Origin: Dehalococcoidia bacterium
GTDB taxonomy: Bacteria; Chloroflexota; Dehalococcoidia; Tepidiformales; Tepidiformaceae
Assembly (NCBI GenBank): GCA_020847985.1
Contig: JADLBC010000025.1
Coordinates: 24,124 to 88,123 of the forward strand
Reading direction: 5' to 3'
DNA: 64,000 nt
Shown: piece after piece, positions 39,660-52,476 of the stretch
Position numbering within the stretch: the first letter of the stretch is position 1
Layout: each line of letters starts with the position of its first letter
Position numbers and translations under genes: made by a program
Notes under the pieces: model-generated
What the model was told of the DNA's origin: nothing
Database searches by the model: none
The model's input: only the letters and a program-made list of their open reading frames with translations

Positions 39660-41058
39660 CACGACCACGGTCCTCATCTTCCTCGGGGTGCTGTTCCTCA
39701 CGGGCTTCGCCCTCATCGCCGTCTGGCCGAGCGACCCCAACCGGTACCTTCCGGGTGACTTCTGGCCCGAGGGCCGGGGCATCAAGATCGGCAGCTGGGA
39801 GCGCGAGACCATGCGCCTCGGCCTCGACCTGCGCGGCGGCTCCTACCTCGTCCTCCAGGCCGACCCGCCCGCCGACTACCAGGGCGACCTGGGGCAGGCG
39901 CTCGATGTCGCGAAGGAAGTGGTGGAACGCCGCGTCAACGCCTTCGGCGTGAGCGAAGCCGAGATCACGAAGACGAGCGGCAACCGGCTGACGGTCGAAG
40001 TGCCGGGCATGGACATCAACGAGGCGACGGACCTCATCGGCAAGACGGCGCGCCTCGAATTCCGGGTGCCGAACCCCGAGGGCACGGATGTCATCCCCGC
40101 CACGGGCGTCGTCGATGGCCAGACGTACACGATGAGCGGGCAGTATCTGAAGAACAACACGTTCCCATCGCAACAGGGCACGACCTACGCCGTGAACTTC
40201 GAGACCACAGGCATCGGTTCGAAGCTCATGGAGCAGATCACCGGGAACGCGCTGCGCTTCCCCGAGGGCGACACGCGGCGGTTCCTGCTCATCTACCTCG
40301 ACGACGAGCTCATTTCGCAGGCGCAGGTCCAGAGCGTGATCTCCGACAAAGGGCAGATCACGGGACAGGATTCCTTCACGGCGGCGAAGACGCTTTCGAA
40401 GCAGCTCAACGCCGGCGCGCTGCCCGTGCCGCTGAAGACGATCCAATCGAGCGAGGTGAGCGCGACCCTGGGCGAGGACTCCGTGCTCGATTCGGTGCAC
40501 GCGGGCATCGTCGGGCTCATCGCCGTGGCCCTGTTCATGATCCTCTATTACCGGCTGCCGGGCGCGCTGGCGGCGGCGGCGCTGGTGGTCTACACCTCGC
40601 TGACGCTGACGGTGTTCAAGCTGTGGCCGGTGACGCTGACGCTCTCGGGCATCGCGGCGTTCGTGCTCTCGGTGGGCATGGCCGTGGACGCGAACATCCT
40701 CATCTTCGAACGAATGAAAGAAGAGCTACGCCGGGGCCGGACGCTGAACAGCGCCATCGACCTGGGCTTCCGCCGGGCGTGGACGTCGATTCGCGATTCG
40801 AACATCTCGACGCTCATCACCTGCCTCATCCTGTACTACTTCGGAAACCAGTTCGGGGCATCGCTGGTGAAGGGCTTCGCCCTGACGCTGGCGATCGGCG
40901 TGCTCATTTCGATGTTCTCGGCGATCACCGTGACGCGGACGTTCCTGAAAATGATCGTGGGGACGCCGGTGGCGCGGAACCACTGGCTGTTCAACGCCGA
41001 GGAGCGCAAGCGCGGCCGCGCGGCCGCATCCAGGGCAGAAGCCGCGGGGGGGAAGTAA
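39652..41058 (+). CDS. secD: protein translocase subunit SecD
   Basis: LGLDLRGG and the C-terminal 6-TM SecD/F domain are present. The GTG start overlaps the yajC stop. Confidence 0.95.
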   Translation: MRSTTTVLIFLGVLFLTGFALIAVWPSDPNRYLPGDFWPEGRGIKIGSWERETMRLGLDLRGGSYLVLQADPPADYQGDLGQALDVAKEVVERRVNAFGVSEAEITKTSGNRLTVEVPGMDINEATDLIGKTARLEFRVPNPEGTDVIPATGVVDGQTYTMSGQYLKNNTFPSQQGTTYAVNFETTGIGSKLMEQITGNALRFPEGDTRRFLLIYLDDELISQAQVQSVISDKGQITGQDSFTAAKTLSKQLNAGALPVPLKTIQSSEVSATLGEDSVLDSVHAGIVGLIAVALFMILYYRLPGALAAAALVVYTSLTLTVFKLWPVTLTLSGIAAFVLSVGMAVDANILIFERMKEELRRGRTLNSAIDLGFRRAWTSIRDSNISTLITCLILYYFGNQFGASLVKGFALTLAIGVLISMFSAITVTRTFLKMIVGTPVARNHWLFNAEERKRGRAAASRAEAAGGK

Positions 41059-41061
41059 CCG

Positions 41062-42045
41062 ATGCTCGACTTCGCAGGCAAGCGATGGTGGTACCTCTCG
41101 GTCTCGTTGGCGCTCTTCGTCGTGGCGGTGGCGAGCCTGGCCATCTTCCAGCTCAAGGCGGGCATCGAATTCACGTCGGGCTCGTCGTTCACGATCGAGT
41201 TCACGGAGAAGCCGGTGCAGCAGGGCGAGCTGCGTTCGGCGATGGGCGACCTCGGGCATAGCGAGGCGCGCATCCAGGGCGCGGGCCAGAACACCTACAT
41301 CATTCGCACGCGCGAACTGCAGGTGGCATCGGCCGGCGATTCCACGGTGACGGGGCCCTCGGCGCCCGTCCAGGGCGAAATCGACCAGCTTGAGGCGGGG
41401 CTGCGCGAGCGCTTTGGCGCGCTCACCCGGCGCGACTTCTCGACCGTTTCGAGCACGGTGAGCAGCGAAATCGCCCGCAACGCGACGCTGGCGGTAATCG
41501 CGGCCTCGGTGTTCATCCTGCTCTACATCTGGTGGGCGTTCCGGCACCTGCCGCGCCCATACCGGTATGGCACGGCGGCGGTGATCGCGGTGCTGCACGA
41601 TGCCTTCATCATCCTCGGTCTGTTCGCGCTGCTCGGGGAGATTCGCGGCACGGAAGTGGACACGGGCTTCATCACGGCGCTGCTGACGGTCATCGGCTTC
41701 TCCGTGCACGACACCATCGTGGTGTTCGACCGCATCCGCGAAAACATCTCGCACGACCCGTACATCCCCTTCGAGGAAGCCGTGAACGCGAGCATGACGG
41801 AGACGCTCGCGCGGTCGATCAACACGTCGTTCGTGGTGGTGCTGACGGTGATCGCGATGCTGCTCATCGGCGGCGTGACCATCCGGAACTTCCTCATCGT
41901 GCTGCTGGTGGGCGTGGCGGCGGGGACGTATAGCTCGATCGGCATCGCCAGCCAGCTGCTCGTGGCCTGGGAGCGCGACGACATCGGACGCTGGTTCCGG
42001 CGGATGCGCGGCCGCCCGGAGGGGCAGGTCGCCGAGCCGGCCTGA
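41062..42045 (+). CDS. secF: protein translocase subunit SecF
   Basis: GIEFTSG, HDAFIILG and DTIVVFDRIREN are present. Confidence 0.95.
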   Translation: MLDFAGKRWWYLSVSLALFVVAVASLAIFQLKAGIEFTSGSSFTIEFTEKPVQQGELRSAMGDLGHSEARIQGAGQNTYIIRTRELQVASAGDSTVTGPSAPVQGEIDQLEAGLRERFGALTRRDFSTVSSTVSSEIARNATLAVIAASVFILLYIWWAFRHLPRPYRYGTAAVIAVLHDAFIILGLFALLGEIRGTEVDTGFITALLTVIGFSVHDTIVVFDRIRENISHDPYIPFEEAVNASMTETLARSINTSFVVVLTVIAMLLIGGVTIRNFLIVLLVGVAAGTYSSIGIASQLLVAWERDDIGRWFRRMRGRPEGQVAEPA

Positions 42046-42070
42046 ATTCCCACCTCGCTCTCTTCTCCGA

Positions 42071-42100
42071 AGCCCGCGCCACGCGCGGGCTTTGTTGTTT
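42071..42100 (+). terminator. intrinsic terminator after secF
   Basis: A 9-bp stem (AGCCCGCGC / GCGCGGGCT) with a 3-nt loop is followed by TTTGTTGTTT. Confidence 0.7.
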
Positions 42101-42206
42101 CCCCGCCGCAACGGCGGTGTTGCAAAAGACGCGATGACGTGTCTTTACCCTGGGATGCCGCCGGCCGGGAGTCCCGCCGGGGACGGAGCGTGCCGATTAT
42201 CGAGAC

Positions 42207-43751
42207 GTGAAAGAAGGCCCCAGGCCGTGGATTCCCGTGCTCATCGTTGGCGGGGGAGCCGTGTTCCTCGCGGTGTACGGTGCGCTGCTCGCGGCGGGCG
42301 CGCCGGGGCTGGTGCTGCGCGGCCTGCTCTTCAACATCGGGCCCATCACGGCGATGGCGCTGGCGCCCCACACGTTGCGCCGGGCGCGTGGCCGCCAGCG
42401 CTGGGGCTGGGCGACCGTGGCCGGGCTGGCGGTCTGCTGGTTCATCGCTGAAGCCATCTATTCGGTCTACGAACTCTGCGGCGCCGAGGCTCCCTTCCCC
42501 GGTGCCGCCGACCTTTTCTATTACCTCGGCTACTTCTCGCTCATCGCCTCGGTGCCGCTGCTTTCGCCGCCCCACCGGCGGCTAAGCGACCGGCGAGCGA
42601 TGCTCGATGGCGCCACCGTGGTGATGGCCGTGGGCGTGCTCGCCTGGCAGTTCGTGGTCGAACCGACGGGCGCCGGGGCGGAGACCTTCTTCCAGAGCGC
42701 GCTCCTCCTGGGCTACCCCCTGCTCGACCTCGGGCTGATCGTCTCGCTGGTAGTGCTGTTCTACGGGGCGTCCGGGGCACTGCCGCGGCCCGTGGCGGCG
42801 CTGGTCGTGGCGATCGCGTTCACCGTCGCGGGAGATATTCCCTACCTCATGGGGGTGGGCGCCGGTTCGACGGCGTCGTGGCCGGACCTCCTCTGGCTGG
42901 CGGGATATTTCGCGCTCGCGCTCGCGCTGTACTGGGCCGCGAGGGACCCGTTGGAGGCGATAACCCGCGGGCGCTCCGAGAGCACGCTCGAGCTGGTGCT
43001 GCCATACGTGGCGGTGACGCCGCCGGGCGTGGCAATGCTGTACGAGGCGTTCACCGGCCGGGTGGAATCGGACCTGGTGACCGGGACGGCCATCGCCGTG
43101 ATGTTCCTGATGACGCGCCAGTGGCTGACGATCGTGGAGAACCGCCAGCTCAATCGCGCCTTCGAGGCCGAGATCGAGGTCCGCGAACAGCTGCTCATCG
43201 AACTCGAACGGCGAAATGAAGCGCTGGAAGAGCTTCGGCGCGAAGCCCAGTTCCGGGCAGACCACGATTCGCTCACCGGGCTGCTCAACCGGCGGGCCTG
43301 GTTCGCGCTCGCGGCCGACGCGGACGCGACCTCGGTGGCCATCTTCGATATCGACTTCTTCAAGCGCATCAACGACACCTACGGGCACCCGGTGGGCGAC
43401 CACGTGCTGAAGGAGGTGGCGTGGCGCCTGGGCGGGCTGCTCGGCCCGGGGAGCGCGCTGGGGAGGCTCGGCGGCGAAGAGTTCGCAGCGTTCTTCACGG
43501 GTGAGGCCGGGGACCCGGTGATGCAGTGCCACTCGGCGGTGGAGACGATCGCGACGGTGCCCGTGGTGCTGCCCGGGGGCGAAGAGCTGGCCATCAGCGT
43601 GAGCGCGGGGCTCGCGCCCGTGGGCGATGGCGCGGACCGCGACGAGGTGCTCGCCGCCGCCTACGAGGTCGCCGACGGGGCGCTGTACGAGGCGAAGCAG
43701 GGAGGCCGCCGGCGGCTGGTTTGGCGCGCCGGTGTGGTGAAGGCGGCCTGA
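42207..43751 (+). CDS. diguanylate cyclase (GGDEF) with N-terminal polytopic membrane sensor region
   Basis: DSLTGLLNRR, FDIDFFKRINDTYGHPVGD and RLGGEEFA are present. Confidence 0.85.
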   Translation: MKEGPRPWIPVLIVGGGAVFLAVYGALLAAGAPGLVLRGLLFNIGPITAMALAPHTLRRARGRQRWGWATVAGLAVCWFIAEAIYSVYELCGAEAPFPGAADLFYYLGYFSLIASVPLLSPPHRRLSDRRAMLDGATVVMAVGVLAWQFVVEPTGAGAETFFQSALLLGYPLLDLGLIVSLVVLFYGASGALPRPVAALVVAIAFTVAGDIPYLMGVGAGSTASWPDLLWLAGYFALALALYWAARDPLEAITRGRSESTLELVLPYVAVTPPGVAMLYEAFTGRVESDLVTGTAIAVMFLMTRQWLTIVENRQLNRAFEAEIEVREQLLIELERRNEALEELRREAQFRADHDSLTGLLNRRAWFALAADADATSVAIFDIDFFKRINDTYGHPVGDHVLKEVAWRLGGLLGPGSALGRLGGEEFAAFFTGEAGDPVMQCHSAVETIATVPVVLPGGEELAISVSAGLAPVGDGADRDEVLAAAYEVADGALYEAKQGGRRRLVWRAGVVKAA

Positions 43752-43752
43752 C

Positions 43753-45678
43753 CTACCAGCTTCCCCCGCCACCGCCACCGCCGCCGCCACCCGAGAAGCC
43801 GCCACCGCCGCCACCCGAACCCGAGGACGCGGGCGTGCTGGAGATGGCGCTGCCAACGCTGCTGGAGAAGCTCTGCATGCCCTGGGAGAAGGCCATCGCC
43901 TGGAAGGGCGCGGTACCGGCGTACCAGCCGGAGGTGGCCTCCGCCGCCTGGTCTTCAATCCCTTCGAACGCCTTCGCCCACTTTTCGACGCAGCCGAACA
44001 CCATCGCGTAGGGCAGGTAGCGCGCGAAGATGTTGCGCTGCTCGTTGAACTCCTGCTGGCGGGTTTCGGCGGTATCGACGTAGAGGCGGAAGCCGAGCAC
44101 GCGGCGCCGCGCTTCGCTGCCCACGGCCGTGCGCCGCGCCATCGTCCGCGCCCCGAGCACCGCGAACAGCACCCCCAGCACCACGAACGGCACGCCGATG
44201 AACCCCCGGCCAAAGGCGAACGCCGACCCCACGCTCAGCGCCACGCCGGCGATAGCGAGGACGATGCCCGGGACGGCCCCACGCCAGCGCTGGGTCTCCG
44301 GGTTGCGGTCGAACCACCGGCGGTTGACGGCGTCGCGGTAGAGCTCGTCCTTCACCTTCTTCAGGTCCTGGGCGAACTTCGTCTTGAGCGAGGAGATCTT
44401 CACCTCGGTGCGCTTGCCCTTGAAGAGCGCGCCAAAGAGGGCGGCTTCGTACGGCTGGAGGCCCTCGGGCTCTTTCAGCTTTTCGAACTGCCAGTCGCGG
44501 TTGCCGAAGTGGCCCTTCTTGGGGATCTCCGTGATGTGGAGATAGCCGCGCACCGCCATGTCCACGATCGTCGCCGTGACATCGAGCGTGTCGGCGCGCT
44601 CATCGAGGAGCACGCCCATCTGCGCGGGCCGCAGCTCATCCGGCGGGAGGTATTCGACCACGACATCGTCCTTCGCGAAGAGCGGACGCGTCTCCTGGGT
44701 GGGGTCGTTCGTCAGGTAGTGCACGGTGGTGAAGCGGCGGTCCCGGCCAAGCCGCCACCAGACGGCGATGATGCCGAACACACCCAGCGCGGCCAGCACG
44801 GCGGACTCGGCGATCTCCACGAGGTCGAATTCGAAGTAGTCGTCGATGCTCGGGCGGTCCTTCACGATCGGCGCGGGGATGGTCACCGCGTCGCGCGGGA
44901 ACATCGCGACGATGGAGAGCTGCTCGTTCGGGGCGAGGAAGCGCGTGGCCGTATAGGTGACGCTGCCGGCGCCATCGGCGGTCTTGCAGGAGGCGGTCGA
45001 GCGGTACCCCTGGAAGCAGACGGCGGTGATGGCGGCGTTCGTGGGGAGCTTTACCGTGACCACGGTCGCATCGACGGTGACGGGCCAGGTGCCGCTCGCG
45101 TTCCAATAGAGTTCGCCGTGCGAGGCGTAGGCATCGAGGGCGCCGGTCAGTTTGTAGGTGATGCGGTAGACGTGCTCGCCGGTGATGGTGGTGTCGGGGT
45201 CGCCGATCTTGAGCTGGATGCCGTCACCGGCGTTGGACCTGTCGTACTTGTAGGCGTTACCGGCCGCATCGGTGATGCTTTCGACGGCGATGCCGTAGTG
45301 GCGGTCGCTGCCAACCGGGCAATCGTAGGTGCGGGGGTCGCCGCCTTCGCGATCGATGCCGGCGCAGGCCTGCTTCGTCACGAGGTTGCGGAAGATGCCG
45401 TGGCGGGGGTCGGGGCCGAAGTCCCAGGTGATGGTCTCGGTGACGTGGATGGAGCCATCGGGCTGGATGTCGTAGACGGCCTCGAAGCGGCGCATGCGCT
45501 CCTCGGCGCGCGCGGGCGCGGGGAGCAGCGCGACGGCGGCAACGCATATCGCGAACAAAAGGGGGACGGCGAGGGCGCGAGCAAGAGGGCGGCTGTGCAC
45601 GCGCACATGTTCGAGGCTGCGGCCGCGTTCGCCAAGGCGGGGAGTCCGCAAGACAAGGCCCCGGCCGTTCTTTATCAT
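43753..45678 (-). CDS. DUF2207-like membrane protein with poly-Gly C-terminal tail
   Basis: The product has a signal-like N-terminus, an extracellular beta-rich domain, TM helices and a SGSGGGGGGFSGGGGGGGGGGSW tail. The start is uncertain. Confidence 0.7.
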   Translation of the reverse strand: MIKNGRGLVLRTPRLGERGRSLEHVRVHSRPLARALAVPLLFAICVAAVALLPAPARAEERMRRFEAVYDIQPDGSIHVTETITWDFGPDPRHGIFRNLVTKQACAGIDREGGDPRTYDCPVGSDRHYGIAVESITDAAGNAYKYDRSNAGDGIQLKIGDPDTTITGEHVYRITYKLTGALDAYASHGELYWNASGTWPVTVDATVVTVKLPTNAAITAVCFQGYRSTASCKTADGAGSVTYTATRFLAPNEQLSIVAMFPRDAVTIPAPIVKDRPSIDDYFEFDLVEIAESAVLAALGVFGIIAVWWRLGRDRRFTTVHYLTNDPTQETRPLFAKDDVVVEYLPPDELRPAQMGVLLDERADTLDVTATIVDMAVRGYLHITEIPKKGHFGNRDWQFEKLKEPEGLQPYEAALFGALFKGKRTEVKISSLKTKFAQDLKKVKDELYRDAVNRRWFDRNPETQRWRGAVPGIVLAIAGVALSVGSAFAFGRGFIGVPFVVLGVLFAVLGARTMARRTAVGSEARRRVLGFRLYVDTAETRQQEFNEQRNIFARYLPYAMVFGCVEKWAKAFEGIEDQAAEATSGWYAGTAPFQAMAFSQGMQSFSSSVGSAISSTPASSGSGGGGGGFSGGGGGGGGGGSW

Positions 45679-45737
45679 CGGTCCGGCCGGGTGTGCGGTG
45701 GGACACGGGCGCCGGCAGCAAACCCCAGGAACGGTGC

Positions 45738-46613
45738 ATGGAATCATTCGAATACCTGGCACCCAGGACGCTCGCGGAGGCTTTCGCGGCACTGGGAAAC
45801 GGGAAGCGCAGCCTGATGCTGGCGGGCGGGACCGACGTAATCGTGCAGCTGCGCGAAAACCGCCGGAGCTGCGACCAGCTGATCGACCTCAAGCACATCC
45901 CGGAGCTGATGGCGGTGGATATCCGGGCCGATGGCGGCCTGGACATCGGCGCCGCCGTGCCGCTCGCGGAACTCTATGGCAACCGCGATATCGCGCGGCG
46001 CTGGCCCGGCCTCGTGGACGCGGCGAGCATCATCGGCGGGCGGGCGATCCAGTCCCGCGCGAGCTTCGGGGGCAACCTCTGCAACGCGAGCCCGGCGGCC
46101 GATAGTTCGCCTTCGCTCATGGCGCACGGCGCGGTCCTGACCATTGCCTCGGCGGGTGGCACGCGCACGGTGCCCGTGGACGAGTTCTTCGCGGGCCCGG
46201 GCCGGAGCGTGCTGCAGCCGGGCGAAGTCCTGCTGCGGGTTTCGATCCCGCCGCAGCCGGCGCGGTCGGCGGTGTTCTACCACCGCTTCATCCCGCGCAA
46301 CGAAATGGACATCGCCGTGGCGAGTGCGGGCGTGCGGCTGGTGCTCGACGAAAGCGGCGACCGCATCGCCTCGGCGCGGGTAGCGCTGGGCGCGGTGGCG
46401 GCGACGCCGATCATGGTCCCGGCCGCGGCCGAAGCGGTGGTGGGCCAGGCGCCGGTGGCCGACACGTTCGCGAAGGCGGGCGAGGCGGCATCCGCGGCGG
46501 CCCAGCCGATCACGGACATGCGCGGCTCGGCGGCGCAGCGCAAGCACCTGGTCTCGGTCCTCACCGTGCGAGCCTTCGAGCACGCACTCCAGCGCATCCG
46601 GGAGGGGCGGTAA
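45738..46613 (+). CDS. xanthine dehydrogenase/CO dehydrogenase family, FAD-binding subunit (CoxM/CutM-like)
   Basis: MLAGGTDVIVQL and ASFGGNLCNASPAAD are present. Confidence 0.9.
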   Translation: MESFEYLAPRTLAEAFAALGNGKRSLMLAGGTDVIVQLRENRRSCDQLIDLKHIPELMAVDIRADGGLDIGAAVPLAELYGNRDIARRWPGLVDAASIIGGRAIQSRASFGGNLCNASPAADSSPSLMAHGAVLTIASAGGTRTVPVDEFFAGPGRSVLQPGEVLLRVSIPPQPARSAVFYHRFIPRNEMDIAVASAGVRLVLDESGDRIASARVALGAVAATPIMVPAAAEAVVGQAPVADTFAKAGEAASAAAQPITDMRGSAAQRKHLVSVLTVRAFEHALQRIREGR

Positions 46614-47099
46614 ATGGCACGGCGAACCTACGTTGCGACGACGATCAACGGGATGCCCACGGAGTTCCTGTGCGAGCCACGCCAGAGCGTGCTCGAAGTG
46701 CTCCGCGATGAGCTTGGCCTGACGGGTGCGAAGGAAGGCTGCAACAACGGCAACTGCGGCGCCTGCGCGGTCCTGCTCAACGGGCAGGTCGTCAACTCCT
46801 GCTGCGTCCTCGGCGTCGAACTCGAAGGCGCCGACGTGACGACGATCGAGGGCATCGCCGACGGCGAGAACCTTCACCCGCTGCAGCAGGCGTTCCTCGA
46901 AGAGGCGGCGCTCCAGTGCGGCATTTGCACGCCGGGCTTCATCGTCTCGGCGAAGGCGCTGCTGGATTCGAACCCCCACCCGGATGAGCACACCGTGCGC
47001 TTCTGGCTGGCGGGCAACCTGTGCCGCTGCACCGGTTATGACAAGATTGTTCGAGCGGTGCTGAAGGCGGCGGACGCCTCCGGGGCGCCCGTTCCCTGA
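46614..47099 (+). CDS. (2Fe-2S)-binding small subunit (CoxS/CutS-like)
   Basis: CNNGNCGACAV and QCGICTPGF...CRCTGY are present. Confidence 0.9.
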   Translation: MARRTYVATTINGMPTEFLCEPRQSVLEVLRDELGLTGAKEGCNNGNCGACAVLLNGQVVNSCCVLGVELEGADVTTIEGIADGENLHPLQQAFLEEAALQCGICTPGFIVSAKALLDSNPHPDEHTVRFWLAGNLCRCTGYDKIVRAVLKAADASGAPVP

Positions 47100-47189
47100 C
47101 CGCGTGGCCGGTGCCATGCCGGCCATCCACATTCCCGGGCGGCGCCACGCGGCGCGGTCCCCCAAGCCTGGCCCAGGGAGGTTCGACGC

Positions 47190-49463
47190 ATGACGACCAG
47201 CGAACGCTCGACGAACTACCGCGTCATCGGGACGCGGCCCGTGCGCCCGGACGGCGTGGAGAAAGTCACCGGGAAGGCGCAGTACGGTGCCGATGTCCGG
47301 CTGCCGGGGCTGCTGCACGGGCGCATCCTGCGCAGCCCGCACGCCCACGCGCGCATCGTCGCGATCGATACGAGCGAAGCGGAGAAGGTGCCCGGCGTCT
47401 TCGCCGTGGTGACGCACCGGGACTTCCCGGCCGCGCGCGACGTGGTGCAGGAACTCGGCGAAAGCTCCGTCAACGCCATGGAGCTGAGCGACAACATCCT
47501 CGCCTCGAAGAAGGCGCTCTATCGCGGGCACGCGGTGGCGGCGGTGGCGGCGACGAGCCCGCACATCGCCGAAGAGGCGCTAAGCAAGATCCGCGTGGAG
47601 TACCAGGTGCTGCCGACGGTGCTCGATGTGCGCGACGCCATGCGCGAGGACGCCCCGCTGCTGAACGAGACGCGCTTCACGAAGGAGCTCGGCGGGGCGC
47701 GCAGCGAGAAGCCCAGCAACATCGCCAGCCACATCCGCTTCCAGGGCGGCAACGCCGACGACGCCATCGCCGGCGCGGACGTCGTCATCGAGCGCGAATA
47801 CCGCACGAAGATGGTGCACCAGGGCTACATCGAACCCCACAACGCGACGGCGAGCTGGAATGCCGACGGGACGGTGACGATCTGGACGAGCACGCAGGGC
47901 GCGTTCTCCGTTCGCGGCCAGGTGGCGGAAATCCTGCGGCACCCGATTTCGAGCATCCGCGTCATCCCCATGGAGATCGGCGGCGGCTTCGGCGGCAAGC
48001 TCCCCATCTATCTCGACCCCGTCGCGGCGCTGCTTTCGAAGAAGTCCGGCCGGCCGGTGAAGGTGCTCATGAGCCGCACCGACGTGTTCGAAGGCTCGGG
48101 CCCGACGAGCGGCACCTGGATTAAGATCAAGCTCGGCGTGAAGGACGGGAAGATCGCCGGCGTGAAGGCGGAGCTCGCGTACGAAGCCGGCGCCTATCCC
48201 GGCAGCCCCGTCGGCGCCGGTTCGATGACGATGCTGGCGCCGTACGCGATCGACAACTTCCAGGTCGATGGCTACGACGTCTGCCTGAACAAGCCGAAGG
48301 TGGCGGCGTACCGCGCGCCGGGCTCGCCCGCGGCGGCCTTCGCGCTGGAGCAGGCGCTGGACGAAGCGGCACGCGCCATCGGGGCGGACCCGCTCCAGTT
48401 CCGGCTCGATAACAGCGCGCGCGAAGGCGTGCGCATGGTCACGGGCGCGCCGCTCGCCAAAGTCGGCCACGAGGAGTGCGTGCAGGCGATCCTCGATTCG
48501 CCGCACTACAAGTCGCCCATCGAGGGGCCCTACCGCGGCCGCGGCGTGGCCTCCGGCTACTGGTTCAACGGCGGCATGCAATCGAGCGTGACGGCGGCGG
48601 TGAACCCGGATGGCACGGTGAACCTGATCGAGGGTTCCACGGACATCGGCGGTTCGCGCGCGTCGCTTTCGATGCAGCTCGCGGAGACGTTGGGGATTCG
48701 CTACGAGGACGTCCACGCGACCGTCGTCGATACGGACTCCGTCGGCCACAACGACGTCACGGGCGGGAGCCGAACCACCTTCGCGAGCGGCCTGGCCGTG
48801 TACGAAGCGGGCATGGACATTCGCCGCCAGATGCGTGAGCGGGCGGCGCGGGAATGGAACGTGCCCGCCGACCAGGTCGAGTACGAGGACGGGCGCATCA
48901 CCTGGAGCGATGGCGCCGGGAACTCCAGGGAGACCTCCTTCGCCGAACAGGCGCGCACGGCACCGCAGAAGGGCGGGCCGATCGTCGGCAAGGCGTCGCT
49001 TTCGGCGCGCGGCGTGGGCGGCGCCTACGGCACGCACCTCGTCGATGTCGAAGTCGACCCGGACACGGGCAAGGTCACCATCCTGCGGTACACGGCCGCA
49101 CAGGATGTGGGCACGGCGATTCACCCGTCGTACGTCGAAGGCCAGATCCAGGGCGCGGTCGCGCAGGGCGTGGGCTGGGCGCTGAACGAGGAGTACTACT
49201 TCGACGACAACGGCCGGATGCTGAACGCGAGCTTCCTGGACTACCGGATGCCGACGACGCTGGACCTGCCCATGATCGACACGATCCTCGTCGAAGTGCC
49301 GAACCCGGGCCATCCATACGGTGTGCGCGGCGTGGGCGAAGTGCCGATCGTGCCGCCGTTGGCCGCGGTCGCGAACGCCATCGCGGACGCGACGGGCAAG
49401 CGGTTCACGGAGCTGCCGATTTCGCCGCGACGGCTGGTCGAGGAGCTGCACGGCCTCGCGTAA
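47190..49463 (+). CDS. molybdopterin-binding large subunit of the xanthine dehydrogenase family
   Basis: The 757-aa product contains GGGFGGK and GVGEVPIVP. Confidence 0.9.
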   Translation: MTTSERSTNYRVIGTRPVRPDGVEKVTGKAQYGADVRLPGLLHGRILRSPHAHARIVAIDTSEAEKVPGVFAVVTHRDFPAARDVVQELGESSVNAMELSDNILASKKALYRGHAVAAVAATSPHIAEEALSKIRVEYQVLPTVLDVRDAMREDAPLLNETRFTKELGGARSEKPSNIASHIRFQGGNADDAIAGADVVIEREYRTKMVHQGYIEPHNATASWNADGTVTIWTSTQGAFSVRGQVAEILRHPISSIRVIPMEIGGGFGGKLPIYLDPVAALLSKKSGRPVKVLMSRTDVFEGSGPTSGTWIKIKLGVKDGKIAGVKAELAYEAGAYPGSPVGAGSMTMLAPYAIDNFQVDGYDVCLNKPKVAAYRAPGSPAAAFALEQALDEAARAIGADPLQFRLDNSAREGVRMVTGAPLAKVGHEECVQAILDSPHYKSPIEGPYRGRGVASGYWFNGGMQSSVTAAVNPDGTVNLIEGSTDIGGSRASLSMQLAETLGIRYEDVHATVVDTDSVGHNDVTGGSRTTFASGLAVYEAGMDIRRQMRERAAREWNVPADQVEYEDGRITWSDGAGNSRETSFAEQARTAPQKGGPIVGKASLSARGVGGAYGTHLVDVEVDPDTGKVTILRYTAAQDVGTAIHPSYVEGQIQGAVAQGVGWALNEEYYFDDNGRMLNASFLDYRMPTTLDLPMIDTILVEVPNPGHPYGVRGVGEVPIVPPLAAVANAIADATGKRFTELPISPRRLVEELHGLA

Positions 49464-49534
49464 GCCGGCCCGGCACACGAAGAATCCGAGGACGAGGCCC
49501 GCGCGATGTGGGCCTCGTTCCATCTGGAGGGGCG

Positions 49535-50028
49535 ATGACCCTGGTCTACATCCCCGCGCCGCTGCGCGACATGTGCGGCGGGGTCGCGACGCTGCAGATC
49601 GAGGCGCCGACGCTCGATGCACTCCTCCGTGCGCTCGATGTGCGCTGCCCCGGGTTCTACGCGCGCGTTGTCGAAGGCGGGCGTGTGCGGCCCGAGCTGG
49701 CCGTGGCCATCGACGGGGAGGCCGCGACCTACCCGCTCTCTGAGCCGATGAGCCACGTGCGCGACGTGTCCATCATCCCCGCCATCGGGGGTGGCGCCGG
49801 CATCGAAGACACCGAAATCGCGCGCCGTTACCCGCGCACCGGGCAGCGGCGAGACCGCTGGTTCGCCGAACCGCCGATGGGCCCGCACGTCCTCGGGCTG
49901 GTCGAGCACCTTTCGCGGGAGATGGAGCTGAAGGCGGGCACGCGCGTCCTCGATCTCGGCTGCGGGCGGGCGACCAGCAGCATGTTCCTCGCCGAGGAGT
50001 TCGGCGTGGAGACGTGGGCCACCGACCT

Positions 50029-50044
<16 letters not shown>
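49535..50044 (+). CDS. MoaD/ThiS-like beta-grasp protein (aa 1-87, ...IIPAIGGG) continued in frame by a truncated class I methyltransferase fragment
   Basis: GGAGGGG lies before the ATG at 49535. The N-part matches the MoaD/CysO pattern (PAPLRDMCGG...DVSIIPAIGGG). The tail carries motif I VLDLGCGRATS and then stops after about 25 more residues. The 3' end overlaps the convergent uvrA-like gene by 16 nt. Confidence 0.6.
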
Positions 50045-52410
<2,366 letters not shown>

Positions 52411-52476
52411 GGCATCTCCCTCAATTTCGGCTGGGTCAAAGTCGAGTGTACCGGGCGTCGCGCCGCGCGGCCCGGT

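Noticed and set aside
43755-43830. A GC-rich trinucleotide-like repeat (CCGCCA/CCGCCG runs) as a microsatellite or array
   Set aside because: It is the coding sequence of the poly-Gly C-terminal tail of the DUF2207-like protein read on the minus strand.
49535-49795. The MoaD/ThiS-like GGG protein as the missing ubiquitin-like substrate of the E2-E1/JAB operon
   Set aside because: It lies about 12 kb away, outside the island and in high-GC core DNA. It sits directly after molybdoenzyme genes, and its Gly-Gly is not C-terminal. A molybdenum-cofactor or sulfur-carrier context is the simpler explanation.
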